Source: a virus
Direction: 5' to 3' (one strand)
Length of the DNA stretch: 64,000 nucleotides
IMG/VR virus record: IMGVR_UViG_3300032315_000470
Span: 7,657 to 71,656 of that record
The translations under genes and the position numbers were made by a program. The notes below the pieces were generated by a model. It did not search any database, had not been told where the DNA came from, and was given only the letters and a program-made list of their open reading frames with translations. Within the stretch, counting starts at the first letter, position 1. Each line of letters begins with the position of its first letter. This document shows positions 1 through 9,600 of the stretch, one piece after another.

Positions 1-1
1 T

Positions 2-1672
2 GGTACCAGTTTTACTGAAATTAATTTTCAAAGATCACCCAACACATTAATTATTGGCAACAATGGTGCAGGTAAATCCACCATTCTTGATGCATTGTGT
101 TTTGGTCTTTTTGGTAAACCATTTCGTAAGATAACCAAACCACAATTATTAAACTCCATCAACCAATCCGATTGTGTTGTGGAGATTGAATTTTCTATTG
201 GTAAAAAACAATACAAAGTAATTCGTGGTATCAAACCAAATGTGTTTGAGGTTTATCTTAATGATAAATTGCTTGACCAAGATGCTAAGGCAAAAGATTA
301 TCAGGAGTTCTTGGAAAAGTTTATTCTCAAGATTAACTATAAATCATTTACACAAGTAGTTATTCTTGGTTCGGCATCATTTGTTCCGTTCATGCAATTA
401 TCTCCGGCTGACCGCAGATTGATTATTGAAGATTTATTGGACATTGGTATTTTTTCCTCTATGAACGGAATTGTTAAAGAGAAGATGTCATCAATTAAAG
501 ATATCTCAACCAAAAACAAATATGAGATGGATCTATCTTCAGAAAGAATCAACTTCCAAAAACAAAGTATTGAAGATCATAAAAGTCGTTCTGATGAAGA
601 AATTACCAAGAAGCGTAAAGAGATTGCCGATTCGGTTGATCAAATCTTTACTTTAGAAAGAGATGTTGAACTAATTCAAAAACATATTGCCGTGTTGCAA
701 AGTAAGATTGCCGACCAAATGGCAGTTCAAAAGAAAAGTGCCAAGTTGATTCAACTAGAATCCAAGCTTGAATCTCGTATTAAGAAGATTGATAAAGAGG
801 TAACCTTCTATGAAGAACACTCCGATTGTCCAACTTGCAAACAAGGAATTGCGGAGTCTTTCCGAACCGAACAAGTTTCTGTTCTGAGTAACACTAAGTC
901 GGAAGTGTCTACTGCACTATCGGACATCTCCACTCAAATTACAGCAACGAATAAACGAATCGAAGAAATACAACACGGCCTTAAACACATTACGGCACAT
1001 AACAATGAAGTGGTCAAACACAACTCAACAATATCTGCCATCAATAAATTTGTTACAAAATTACAAAAAGAAGTAGAAGAACTCACCAATCACAAAGATA
1101 GTCTTGAAGAAGAAAATGCCAAGTTAAAAGAACTCAAAGAAGAACTTGGTGCATTAGTCAAAAAACAGGAAGAATTAGCAACAGAGAAACAGTATTATGA
1201 ATTTGCCGGTTTACTATTAAAAGATACTGGCATTAAAACTAGAATCATTCGTCAGTATTTACCTATTATGAATAAATTGATTAATAAGTATTTGACTGCC
1301 ATGGACTTCTTTGTAAACTTCAACATCAATGAAAACTTTGAAGAAACTATTAAGTCTAGGCACCGTGATGAGTTTTCATATGCCAACTTTTCTGAAGGTG
1401 AAAAGATGCGTATAGATTTGGCTCTATTGTTTACATGGCGACAAATTGCTAAGTTGAAGAACTCTACAAATACCAATTTATTAATTCTTGATGAGGTGTT
1501 TGATTCTTCTCTTGATGGAGTAGGCACAGAAGAATTTTTAAAGTTGATTCATGAGATGGGAACAGATACCAATGTGTTTGTTATCTCACACAAAGGTGAC
1601 CAGTTGTTTGATAAATTCCGGTCGATTATTAAATTTGAGAAGCATAACAATTTCAGTAGGATTGCAAAATGA
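2..1672 (+). CDS. gp46: Recombination endonuclease ATPase subunit (T4 gp46/SbcC-like), 5'-truncated by window edge
   Basis: Frame is open from position 2 with Walker A GNNGAGKST; CPTC zinc hook, coiled coil, FSEGE signature and LILDEVFD Walker B. Confidence 0.95.
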   Translation, partial: GTSFTEINFQRSPNTLIIGNNGAGKSTILDALCFGLFGKPFRKITKPQLLNSINQSDCVVEIEFSIGKKQYKVIRGIKPNVFEVYLNDKLLDQDAKAKDYQEFLEKFILKINYKSFTQVVILGSASFVPFMQLSPADRRLIIEDLLDIGIFSSMNGIVKEKMSSIKDISTKNKYEMDLSSERINFQKQSIEDHKSRSDEEITKKRKEIADSVDQIFTLERDVELIQKHIAVLQSKIADQMAVQKKSAKLIQLESKLESRIKKIDKEVTFYEEHSDCPTCKQGIAESFRTEQVSVLSNTKSEVSTALSDISTQITATNKRIEEIQHGLKHITAHNNEVVKHNSTISAINKFVTKLQKEVEELTNHKDSLEEENAKLKELKEELGALVKKQEELATEKQYYEFAGLLLKDTGIKTRIIRQYLPIMNKLINKYLTAMDFFVNFNINENFEETIKSRHRDEFSYANFSEGEKMRIDLALLFTWRQIAKLKNSTNTNLLILDEVFDSSLDGVGTEEFLKLIHEMGTDTNVFVISHKGDQLFDKFRSIIKFEKHNNFSRIAK

Positions 1673-2274
1673 GTGAAACAATTGTTTTTAATACAGAAGA
1701 AACATTAAAGGATAAAAATTATGTAACAACACATAATATTCCTTTATTTGATTTAGTACCAGATACCGATCCAATTCTCCGTCAGGTCTTACCTGAATTT
1801 GATTTTACAAATGCACCAGTTAATCCAATGGAGTTTGCCTCTTCATTGGTGGAAACTTGTAAGAAACATAATGGTTATGGATTATCTGCCAATCAATGTG
1901 GTTTTCCTTATCGTGTTTTTGTAATGGGTTCTGGTGATAATTATGTGGCATTTTTTAATCCCAGCATTGTATTGAAATCCCACAAAGAAGTTCATATGGC
2001 CGAAGGTTGTTTATCTTTTCCTTTATTGGCATTGAGTATCACACGACCAGAAGAAGTAGCGGTAACATACCAAGACTTTAATGGAGAGTGGAAACAGGCA
2101 ACCTTTAATGGTATATCTGCTCGTTGTTTTCAACATGAGCTTGACCATTTAAATGGAATAGTGTATACTAGTAAAGTAAAACCATTAGCACTACAAAGTG
2201 GATTAAAAAAACGAGATAAGATATTGAAGATGGTTAACAAGGTAAATAACAACTTGGCAAAGATTAAAAAATAA
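1669..2274 (+). CDS. def: Peptide deformylase
   Basis: GLSANQCG, EGCLS and QHELDHLNG motifs. Confidence 0.95.
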   Translation: MSETIVFNTEETLKDKNYVTTHNIPLFDLVPDTDPILRQVLPEFDFTNAPVNPMEFASSLVETCKKHNGYGLSANQCGFPYRVFVMGSGDNYVAFFNPSIVLKSHKEVHMAEGCLSFPLLALSITRPEEVAVTYQDFNGEWKQATFNGISARCFQHELDHLNGIVYTSKVKPLALQSGLKKRDKILKMVNKVNNNLAKIKK

Positions 2275-3539
2275 TGGCAACACCAATTGAATATGTAGAA
2301 AAACAATGGAATGATTGGCAAGAGAAAAATCCTGCCGATTCATTTCAACACATTGATGAAGCAAACATGAAAGAAGTCCTAATTAAAGACTTAACATACG
2401 CTTCTCAAATGGATGTTCGTGAATATACTCTATATCAAAAATGGTGTGAGGTGAAAGAACGGTATCCTGTCTTTGAAGCCAGTACTATATTTGGTACAGA
2501 GTTACAGATGGTTGATCCTGAGCAAGATAAACTCATTAAAGAAGTTAGAAAAAACTTTTGGGTGCCAGAATCTCCTGATGATTATGAAAAACTAAAACCG
2601 GTTATGGTATTATCTAATGGTGAAGATGCTGCTCGTTGGAATGCCATTCGTACATTCTCATCAACCATGAAGAACAACAGCAACATTGGTCGTAATCTAT
2701 TTTATGTTTTAACAGATGAAGTTACTGGTAAATATCTTGGTGTTATCTGCATCTCCTCAGACTTTCTGGACTTGACTCCGAGAGATAACGCCATCGGATG
2801 GTCGAGAGATGTTAAGACACAGCAACACATGATTAATCACACCGCAATTGGATCCACCATCGTTCCGTTACAACCACTAGGTTTTAATTACATGGGTGGT
2901 AAGTTATTGGCCTTGATGTGTTTATCTGATACGGTTCAGGCCGATTGGAAAAGACAATATGGAGACACTCTTGTTGGCGTTACTACAACGTCACTCTATG
3001 GAAAAACAAAGGCTGGAGGCCTCTCGCAGTATGATGGTCTTGAACATTGGAATCCTATGGGTTTTTCTTCTGGTTCTGTGGCTTTCGAACCATCGAGGTC
3101 AACCAAAAAAATAGTGTTTGATTGGATCAAAGAGAATCATACTCGTAAATACTTTGAATGGTGGGAGGCCAAGAATACACAAGGACTTCCACTCAAGCGT
3201 GACCATAAGAATCGTTCTTTAAACTTTGCATATTCTAAACTACAAATACCTAAAGAACTGATTCGCACCGAACATCAACGTGGTATCTATTTTAGTCCTC
3301 TCTATAATAATACCTTTGAATTTCTCCGTAAGGAGATTACTGATTCTGATCTGGTAAAGTCGTTTGATACCAGTGAAGAAGCCCTTGCCAATATTTGGAA
3401 AACCAAGTATGCTAAGGGACGAATTAGGCAATTACAGAAGAAGAATACCGTTTCTTACGAATCTTTATTCTATAATGACCTAATTTACTTGTCTTGGGAA
3501 GAAACCAAGGCAAAATATTTGCCACAAGTTGGCAGATAA
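2274..3539 (+). CDS. DUF4338/DruA-like (Mom-related GNAT fold) protein, paralog 1
   Basis: GRNLFY..D...GKYLGVI, RDNAIGW, PLGFNYMGGKLLA, TTTSLYG..SQYDG motifs resemble DUF4338/DruA. Confidence 0.6.
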   Translation: MATPIEYVEKQWNDWQEKNPADSFQHIDEANMKEVLIKDLTYASQMDVREYTLYQKWCEVKERYPVFEASTIFGTELQMVDPEQDKLIKEVRKNFWVPESPDDYEKLKPVMVLSNGEDAARWNAIRTFSSTMKNNSNIGRNLFYVLTDEVTGKYLGVICISSDFLDLTPRDNAIGWSRDVKTQQHMINHTAIGSTIVPLQPLGFNYMGGKLLALMCLSDTVQADWKRQYGDTLVGVTTTSLYGKTKAGGLSQYDGLEHWNPMGFSSGSVAFEPSRSTKKIVFDWIKENHTRKYFEWWEAKNTQGLPLKRDHKNRSLNFAYSKLQIPKELIRTEHQRGIYFSPLYNNTFEFLRKEITDSDLVKSFDTSEEALANIWKTKYAKGRIRQLQKKNTVSYESLFYNDLIYLSWEETKAKYLPQVGR

Positions 3540-3647
3540 ACAAAACAAGTATACCATCAATATGCTTGACACACACATATATATAATGATATGATGTGAG
3601 AACTTGCTTAAGGCAAGGATTTATTAACTTTACTATGGAGTATTACA

Positions 3648-3914
3648 ATGAGCAAATTATCTGCTAAAGAAAAGATGTTGAATGCCTTACAACAACCTTC
3701 TGGTTACAACACTTTTACTGTCAAACAAGCCCAACGCCGTTTCGGCATCACCAATGTTACCGCCCGCATTGACGAACTACGTCAAGATGGTCATGTAATC
3801 TACACAAACAAAAAAGTTGTAGATGGTAAGAAAGTTGCCTTCTATCGTATGGGTAAACCAACCAAAGCTATGGTTCGTGCCGCATACAAAGGTGGTTTTA
3901 GCTTTACTGCCTAA
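3648..3914 (+). CDS. Small winged helix-turn-helix DNA-binding protein
   Basis: TVKQAQRRFGITNVTARIDELRQDGHVI pattern; GGAG RBS, upstream TTGACA promoter, downstream terminator. Confidence 0.6.
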   Translation: MSKLSAKEKMLNALQQPSGYNTFTVKQAQRRFGITNVTARIDELRQDGHVIYTNKKVVDGKKVAFYRMGKPTKAMVRAAYKGGFSFTA

Positions 3915-3926
3915 TAATCTTTAGTG

Positions 3927-3956
3927 GGGAGGTCCTCAAAAAGGACTCCCTTTTTT
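3927..3956 (+). terminator. Rho-independent terminator
   Basis: GGGAGGTCCT-loop-AGGACTCCC followed by TTTTTT. Confidence 0.8.
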
Positions 3957-3972
3957 ATTTCTCGGAGAACAA

Positions 3973-4791
3973 ATGGAAATTTCAATTAAAAAAGAAGAAT
4001 TACAAAAAAAGAGTCTGTTTGTCGCTACACCAATGTATGGCGGCATGAATCACGGACTATACATGAAAGCCTGTCTGGATCTACAAGGTCTGTGTTTGCA
4101 ATACGGCGTACAGATTAAATTTTCATTTCTTTTCAACGAATCACTAATTACTCGTGCAAGAAACTATCTTGTAGATGAGTTTATTCATCGTTCAGAATGT
4201 ACGCACATGTTGTTCTTGGATTCGGACATTTCTTTCAATCCACAAGATGTAATCGCTTTACTTGCACTCGATAAAGACGTTGCTGGAGGTCCTTATCCTA
4301 AGAAGGCCATCAAATGGAAATCAGTTAAGAAAGCTGTAGAAAAGAAACCAGATATTGATCCACAGACACTTGAAAAAGTTACTGGTGATTATGTGTTCAA
4401 TCCAGTTAAGGGTACAGCACAATTCTCGGTTACAGAACCACTTGAAGTATTAGAAATTGGCACAGGATTCATGATGATCCGCCGTGAAGTGTTTGAGAAG
4501 ATGGAAAAACAATATCCAGAAATTCGTTATAAACCAGACCATGTAGGTCAGGCTAACTTTGATGGATCACGATACATTCATGCGTTCTTTGATACGGTCA
4601 TTGATACAAAAAATTCAATCACTGGTGGCGGCTCGGATCGTTACCTGAGTGAAGATTATATGTTCTGTCAGATGTGGCGTAAGATGGGTGGTTCAATCTG
4701 GTTATGCCCTTGGATGAAAACATCACACATTGGTACTTATCACTTTCATGGAGATATGCCAGCTGTTGCTAATTTTGTCGGAGAAATGTAA
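3973..4791 (+). CDS. GT-A fold glycosyltransferase-like protein
   Basis: VATPMYGG start, ESLITRARN, LFLDSDI (DxD), GTGFMMI, LSEDYMFC. Confidence 0.7.
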   Translation: MEISIKKEELQKKSLFVATPMYGGMNHGLYMKACLDLQGLCLQYGVQIKFSFLFNESLITRARNYLVDEFIHRSECTHMLFLDSDISFNPQDVIALLALDKDVAGGPYPKKAIKWKSVKKAVEKKPDIDPQTLEKVTGDYVFNPVKGTAQFSVTEPLEVLEIGTGFMMIRREVFEKMEKQYPEIRYKPDHVGQANFDGSRYIHAFFDTVIDTKNSITGGGSDRYLSEDYMFCQMWRKMGGSIWLCPWMKTSHIGTYHFHGDMPAVANFVGEM

Positions 4792-5243
4792 TGGTTAAAA
4801 TTTATGAAAGTCCGGATAAAGGTAAAACCATATACGAAAGAAACTTTGGTGAAGCGGATCGACAGACATATTATGTGAAAGATGGTGGTAGAATTGTTGC
4901 AGAAGCTCCTTATCAACCTGGATATGAAGATGCTGTACCACAACCAACACAAGAGATTGGTCGTAAGTTTGATGGTGGTAAATTGATGTATGGACTTCTT
5001 CCACCTCTGGCCTTGGAAGAAACAGTTAAAGTATTAACCTTTGGTGCTCAAAAATATGAACCCGATAATTGGCAGTTTGTACCTGATTCTAAGCGTAGGT
5101 ATTTCGATGCCTTACAACGACACCTTTGGGCTTGGAAGCAAGGTGAGCAAATCGACCAAGAATCTCGATTGCCGCATCTGGCACATGCGATGTGTTGCCT
5201 AATGTTTTTATATGAACACGATGTTAAGTATTCCAAAGAATAA
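4791..5243 (+). CDS. dATP/dGTP diphosphohydrolase domain protein (DUF5664-like)
   Basis: GRKFDGGK..YGLLP, FGAQKYEPDNW, DALQRHL, ESRLPHLAHA. Confidence 0.8.
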   Translation: MVKIYESPDKGKTIYERNFGEADRQTYYVKDGGRIVAEAPYQPGYEDAVPQPTQEIGRKFDGGKLMYGLLPPLALEETVKVLTFGAQKYEPDNWQFVPDSKRRYFDALQRHLWAWKQGEQIDQESRLPHLAHAMCCLMFLYEHDVKYSKE

Positions 5244-5290
5244 CTTGACTTTTATTTTAGAATGTAGTAGGATAGTAATAACTTTACATA

Positions 5291-5980
5291 ATGGAGAAAC
5301 AAATGAAGTTAACCAAAGATACACTTGATGTATTAAAAAACTTTTCAACAATTAATTCTGGTATTGAATTTAAAAAAGGCAACACAATCAAAACGATGTC
5401 CTCTGGTAAGACAGTTCTTGCCAAAGCCAATCTAAAAGATGAGTTTCCACAAGATTTCTGTATCTACGATTTGAATCAGTTCCTATCGGTTCATGGTCTA
5501 TTTGATAATACTGAAATTGAATTTGAAGGCGACAAGAACGTTATTTTCAAAAGTGGTCCTAAGAAAGCGACCAAGTATCGCATGACGGCCAAAGAAATGA
5601 TTGTTACGCCTCCAGAAAAAGAACTAAGTCTTCCTTCTGTGGATGTTTCGTTCACTTTGACCAAAGAAGATTTTAGTGACCTTCTAAAGAGTGCGGCAGT
5701 TCTTCAATCACCACATATTGCTGTTGAATCTAAAGACGAAAAAATCTGTTTGACTACATTCAATGCCAAAGACGATGCTGCACACACAAACTCAATTGAA
5801 GTTGCTGAAGGTAATGGTAAAGTATTCAAGATGGTGTTCTTAACGGACAACCTTAAAATGATTCCGGGATCATACAATGTTGAAATCTCATCCAAAGGTC
5901 TGGCATCATTCAAAAATCAAAATGTTGATATTCAATATTGGGTAGCAACAGAATCTAAAGAATCTAAATTTGAGGGATAA
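5291..5980 (+). CDS. gp45: Sliding clamp
   Basis: LKNFSTINSGI and FCIYDLNQFL motifs; synteny with gp44/gp62. Confidence 0.95.
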   Translation: MEKQMKLTKDTLDVLKNFSTINSGIEFKKGNTIKTMSSGKTVLAKANLKDEFPQDFCIYDLNQFLSVHGLFDNTEIEFEGDKNVIFKSGPKKATKYRMTAKEMIVTPPEKELSLPSVDVSFTLTKEDFSDLLKSAAVLQSPHIAVESKDEKICLTTFNAKDDAAHTNSIEVAEGNGKVFKMVFLTDNLKMIPGSYNVEISSKGLASFKNQNVDIQYWVATESKESKFEG

Positions 5981-5982
5981 TT

Positions 5983-6171
5983 ATGTTAGTATATTTTACA
6001 GATGCAACCAACCAACAAAAAGTTGCAATTAATCCAAAATATGTGGTTGTGGTTTTTGTTTTACCTGATGGTGAAATGAAAGGTAAAACCGTGGTTGGTT
6101 TAACGAATGGTAATATCGTTGTAGAAGAATCACAAATTGATGTTGTTGGTATCTTACAAGGACAAATGTAA
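5983..6171 (+). CDS. Hypothetical protein
   Basis: ORF with RBS, tightly packed in the operon. Confidence 0.6.
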   Translation: MLVYFTDATNQQKVAINPKYVVVVFVLPDGEMKGKTVVGLTNGNIVVEESQIDVVGILQGQM

Positions 6172-6446
6172 TGCCGACAATCACAACTCAGTTTGGAACT
6201 TTTGATGAGGTTCAGTTAAAAGCACTCAAAGGTGTGATTGAAGAAATTAACCATGCCACTCGGCAAATTGAAGCACACAATAGTCAAATCAAAGACATTG
6301 TGGATGCGGCTCATGATACCTTTAAGATTCCTAAGAAGATTATTAAACGTATCGCCAAAGTACAACACAACCAATCGTTACAAGAAGAAGTGGCAGAGTT
6401 TAAAGAATTTGAGGCATTATTTGAAGGTATTACAGAAGTTAAGTAA
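6171..6446 (+). CDS. T4 DsbA-like double-stranded DNA-binding protein
   Basis: Helical IKDI.....FKIPKKIIKRIAKVQHNQS...E...FEALFE pattern typical of phage DsbA/GapR-like proteins. Confidence 0.6.
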   Translation: MPTITTQFGTFDEVQLKALKGVIEEINHATRQIEAHNSQIKDIVDAAHDTFKIPKKIIKRIAKVQHNQSLQEEVAEFKEFEALFEGITEVK

Positions 6447-6481
6447 TACCACTATGAAGTACTATATTATGGGAGTTTTGA

Positions 6482-7414
6482 ATGGAACATTTATTATGGG
6501 TCGAAAAGTATCGACCATCTAAGGTGGAAGATTGCGTCTTGCCGGATGCAATCAAATCCACATTTCAAGAATATGTAAACAAAAAAGAAATACCCAATCT
6601 ATTATTATCTGGCAGTGCAGGTGTTGGTAAGACAACAATCGCCAAAGCTTTGTGTGAAGAAGTGGGTTGTGATTATATCATCATCAACGGTTCAGACGAA
6701 TCAGGCATTGATGTTCTCCGCACCAAAATCAAAAACTATGCATCATCAGTCTCCTTAATGGGTGGTCGTAAGGTCATCATCATTGACGAAGCAGACTATC
6801 TAAATCCTAATTCAACTCAACCTGCATTGCGTGGTGCGATTGAGGAGTTTGCCTCAAACTGTTCATTCATCTTTACTTGTAATTATAAGAATCGTATTAT
6901 TGATCCGATTCATTCTCGTTGTACCGTTATTGACTTCCGAATCAATGGCCAAAAGGCTAAGATGGCTTCTCAATTCTTCAAGAGAGTGGAGTGGATTCTA
7001 GAGCAAGAAGGTATTACATACGACAAAGAAGTGGTGGCTGCTGTTATCACAAAACACTTTCCAGATAATCGTAGAATTCTAAATGAACTACAACGATACG
7101 CCGTTTCTGGTACAATTGATAAAGGCATTCTTTCTTCTGTTAGTGATATACAACTTAGTGAATTAATCAAAGCACTCAAAGAGAAAGATTTTGCATCGGC
7201 TCGTAAATGGGTTACCAACAATCTAGATAATGATCCAGCCAGAATCTTCCGTAAATTGTATGATGGTTTATATGAATCATTAAAACCACAATCTGTGCCA
7301 CAATTGGTTCTTATCCTTGCACGATATCAATATCAAGCCGCCTTTGTGGCTGATGCTGAGATTAATCTGATTGCCTGTTTGACAGAGATTATGGTGGATT
7401 GTGAGTTCAAATAA
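6482..7414 (+). CDS. gp44: Clamp loader large subunit
   Basis: LWVEKYRP, GSAGVGKT, DEAD and SRC motifs. Confidence 0.96.
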   Translation: MEHLLWVEKYRPSKVEDCVLPDAIKSTFQEYVNKKEIPNLLLSGSAGVGKTTIAKALCEEVGCDYIIINGSDESGIDVLRTKIKNYASSVSLMGGRKVIIIDEADYLNPNSTQPALRGAIEEFASNCSFIFTCNYKNRIIDPIHSRCTVIDFRINGQKAKMASQFFKRVEWILEQEGITYDKEVVAAVITKHFPDNRRILNELQRYAVSGTIDKGILSSVSDIQLSELIKALKEKDFASARKWVTNNLDNDPARIFRKLYDGLYESLKPQSVPQLVLILARYQYQAAFVADAEINLIACLTEIMVDCEFK

Positions 7415-7803
7415 TGCCAGATTTATTCAAGGAGATTATACCCTCAATACTCCAAACTAAAAAGTCTGTAATCCACGATGATATAGATGCTAAAGACTAT
7501 ACACCCTTTGTGGTTAATAGAGCCTTGTCTTACCACATGGATTGTGTTCTATATGCGAATGAGATGAATTTGTATCCTGAGGTTGATAAAGACCTTCAAT
7601 ACCAATACCTGTTAGGTTCTATTCGTCCAATGAAACGTAAATTTCAACCGTGGCAGAAATCGGAGACCGATAAAAATATAGAATGTGTCAAGACATACTT
7701 TGGTTACTCCAATCAGAAAGCCAAAGAGGCTCTTCGTATTCTGAATAATGAACAAATCGATGAAATAAAAAGAAAAACAGATAAGGGCGGAGTTAAAAGT
7801 TGA
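7414..7803 (+). CDS. gp62: Clamp loader small subunit
   Basis: YTPFVVNRALS, ANEMN, YFGYSNQKAKEAL; synteny. Confidence 0.92.
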   Translation: MPDLFKEIIPSILQTKKSVIHDDIDAKDYTPFVVNRALSYHMDCVLYANEMNLYPEVDKDLQYQYLLGSIRPMKRKFQPWQKSETDKNIECVKTYFGYSNQKAKEALRILNNEQIDEIKRKTDKGGVKS

Positions 7804-7808
7804 ATTGT

Positions 7809-7816
7809 TATAAATA
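7809..7816 (+). promoter_or_regulatory. T4-type late promoter
   Basis: Exact TATAAATA upstream of the HNH gene. Confidence 0.6.
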
Positions 7817-7846
7817 TACAATAACACTTTTATTAAATATAAAAAT

Positions 7847-8413
7847 ATGATTTATCCAACCACACTTAAAGAAGCCAAAGTCTTGCAGACAAAATATTAC
7901 CAAACTGGTAAATTATGTCCACAAGGACATAACTCCAAAAGATACACCAAATGTTCTCGTTGTGTTGAATGTGTTTCTGAAAAACAAAAAATTTCAGGCA
8001 ACAAATATGCAAAAAAATGGAGAGAAACACATAAAGAATCAAATAAAGTAAAAAGCAAAGAAGAATATAGGAAACAAGGAAAAAATTATATTTACTTGAT
8101 GTGGTCGAGAGCCAAAAAAAGAGCTCTAGAAAAAAACATACCCTTCGATATTAATTTGAGTGATATAATTATTCCTACTGTTTGTCCTGTATTGAATGTT
8201 CCTTTTGCAATAAATGCTTCCGGCCGTGGTCCTGGAGATTATTCTCCGTCATTGGATAGAATCATTCCAGAATTGGGGTATGTTAAAAATAATATTAAAG
8301 TTATATCATTCAAAGCAAATAGAATAAAATCTGATGCGGATGTTGTTGATTTAAAAAAAGTTTTGGAATATGTGGAACACAACAATTCTAAATATAACAA
8401 TAACATTCTATAA
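7847..8413 (+). CDS. HNH-type homing endonuclease, free-standing between gp62 and regA
   Basis: C-x2-GH...CxxC N-terminus; CPVL...SPSLDRI..GYVKNN...ANRIK HNH-like core. Confidence 0.8.
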   Translation: MIYPTTLKEAKVLQTKYYQTGKLCPQGHNSKRYTKCSRCVECVSEKQKISGNKYAKKWRETHKESNKVKSKEEYRKQGKNYIYLMWSRAKKRALEKNIPFDINLSDIIIPTVCPVLNVPFAINASGRGPGDYSPSLDRIIPELGYVKNNIKVISFKANRIKSDADVVDLKKVLEYVEHNNSKYNNNIL

Positions 8414-8437
8414 TAAAAAATAATAGGCGAATGAATA

Positions 8438-8845
8438 ATGATTAATATTACAGATTTAGTTGAAGTGACTTTAGGTGAAAAGGATGATTTTCTAAAAGTC
8501 AGAGAAACACTAACCCGCATTGGAGTGGCGTCTAAAAAAGACCAGATACTATTCCAATCGTGCCATATACTACACAAAAGAGGACAATACTATATCGTTC
8601 ACTTTAAAGAACTATTTGCCTTAGATGGTAAACCTACTGATATTTCCGAAAATGATTTATCTCGTAGAAATGCAATTATAAAATTATTGGAAGATTGGGG
8701 ACTGGTAAAGATTGTTCGTAAATCTCAAATTGAAACCCCACCTCCGATATTCTTATCCCAAATTAAAATTCTTTCCCATAAAGAAAAAGACGATTGGGAA
8801 TTAGTACCAAAATACAGTATTGGTAAAAAACCTGAATCTTATTGA
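8438..8845 (+). CDS. regA: Translational repressor RegA
   Basis: DDFLKVRETLTRIGVAS, QSCHILHKRGQYYIVHFKELFALDG. Confidence 0.97.
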   Translation: MINITDLVEVTLGEKDDFLKVRETLTRIGVASKKDQILFQSCHILHKRGQYYIVHFKELFALDGKPTDISENDLSRRNAIIKLLEDWGLVKIVRKSQIETPPPIFLSQIKILSHKEKDDWELVPKYSIGKKPESY

Positions 8846-8852
8846 CTTTCAG

Positions 8853-9013
8853 TATAAATACTGATACACTGGCTTCACCTTAGGACCGCTAAGTTACAGA
8901 AGCGTATAAAGCTGGCACAACGATAGGGTGTCGCTGGAACCAGTAACCAGCAAACCAGATATGCCTTCGGGGTATCTAAATTTGAAACTCGCTTAATACA
9001 AGGAGAAATAAGC
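8853..9013 (+). promoter_or_regulatory. Late promoter plus multi-hairpin 5' leader ending in a ROSE-like RNA thermometer
   Basis: TATAAATA at 8853; four small hairpins including a UUCG loop; final hairpin CUC-G-CUU pairs with SD AAGGAG (UCGCU motif, bulged G). Confidence 0.6.
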
Positions 9014-9487
9014 ATGAACACAACTTTAAACGCATTATTCCCACAATTGGAAACCATCAGTAAGTCTTTGGATCCATTTACTGTAGGCTACGACAAATTC
9101 TTTGTTGACCTCGGTGATATCACTAAAGATATGGCTAAAAAAGTGCAAACTTACCCGCCATACAATATCAAACAAATTAACAAGAACAAATACGTCATTG
9201 AATTGGCTGTTGCTGGTTTTGCAAAACAAGATATTGAAGTTACTTTGGATGGTAACAAATTGATCGTTAAAGGAAACGCAAAAGAAGATAACCTTAAAGA
9301 AGATGAAATATACTTCTTCAAAGGTATTGCTAACCGTGGTTTCGAGCGTTCATTTACATTGGCTGACAAGATTGAAATCAAAGACGCCGATATGGTAAAT
9401 GGTATGTTACGAATCTGGCTGGAATCTTTAGTGCAAACCCAAGACGCCATCAAAAAGATTACCATCAAGGAAAAGAAAGATGAATAA
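9014..9487 (+). CDS. hsp20: Small heat shock protein (Hsp20/IbpA-like)
   Basis: YPPYNI, IELAVAGF, GIANRGFERSFTLAD, NGMLRI. Confidence 0.95.
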   Translation: MNTTLNALFPQLETISKSLDPFTVGYDKFFVDLGDITKDMAKKVQTYPPYNIKQINKNKYVIELAVAGFAKQDIEVTLDGNKLIVKGNAKEDNLKEDEIYFFKGIANRGFERSFTLADKIEIKDADMVNGMLRIWLESLVQTQDAIKKITIKEKKDE

Positions 9488-9539
9488 CTGGTGGCCTGTA
9501 TCCGATGAAGAATGGGAAGAGTTGAATTATCCGAAATAA
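9480..9539 (+). CDS. Putative 19-aa micro-protein MNNWWPVSDEEWEELNYPK
   Basis: Start overlaps the hsp20 3' end; AAGGA upstream; not in ORF track. Confidence 0.4.
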   Translation: MNNWWPVSDEEWEELNYPK

Positions 9540-9600
9540 GTGGTAATAATATGAGGGGTTGGTTGCCAGTCCCTCATCTCTATGTTATAATGTATATATT

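Noticed and set aside
2274-3539. Complete Druantia defence system
   Set aside because: No DruE helicase or other Dru genes; the context is phage replication.
4791-5243. Z-genome (2-aminoadenine) pathway
   Set aside because: Only a dNTPase-like gene is present; no PurZ in the window, so the pathway cannot be claimed.
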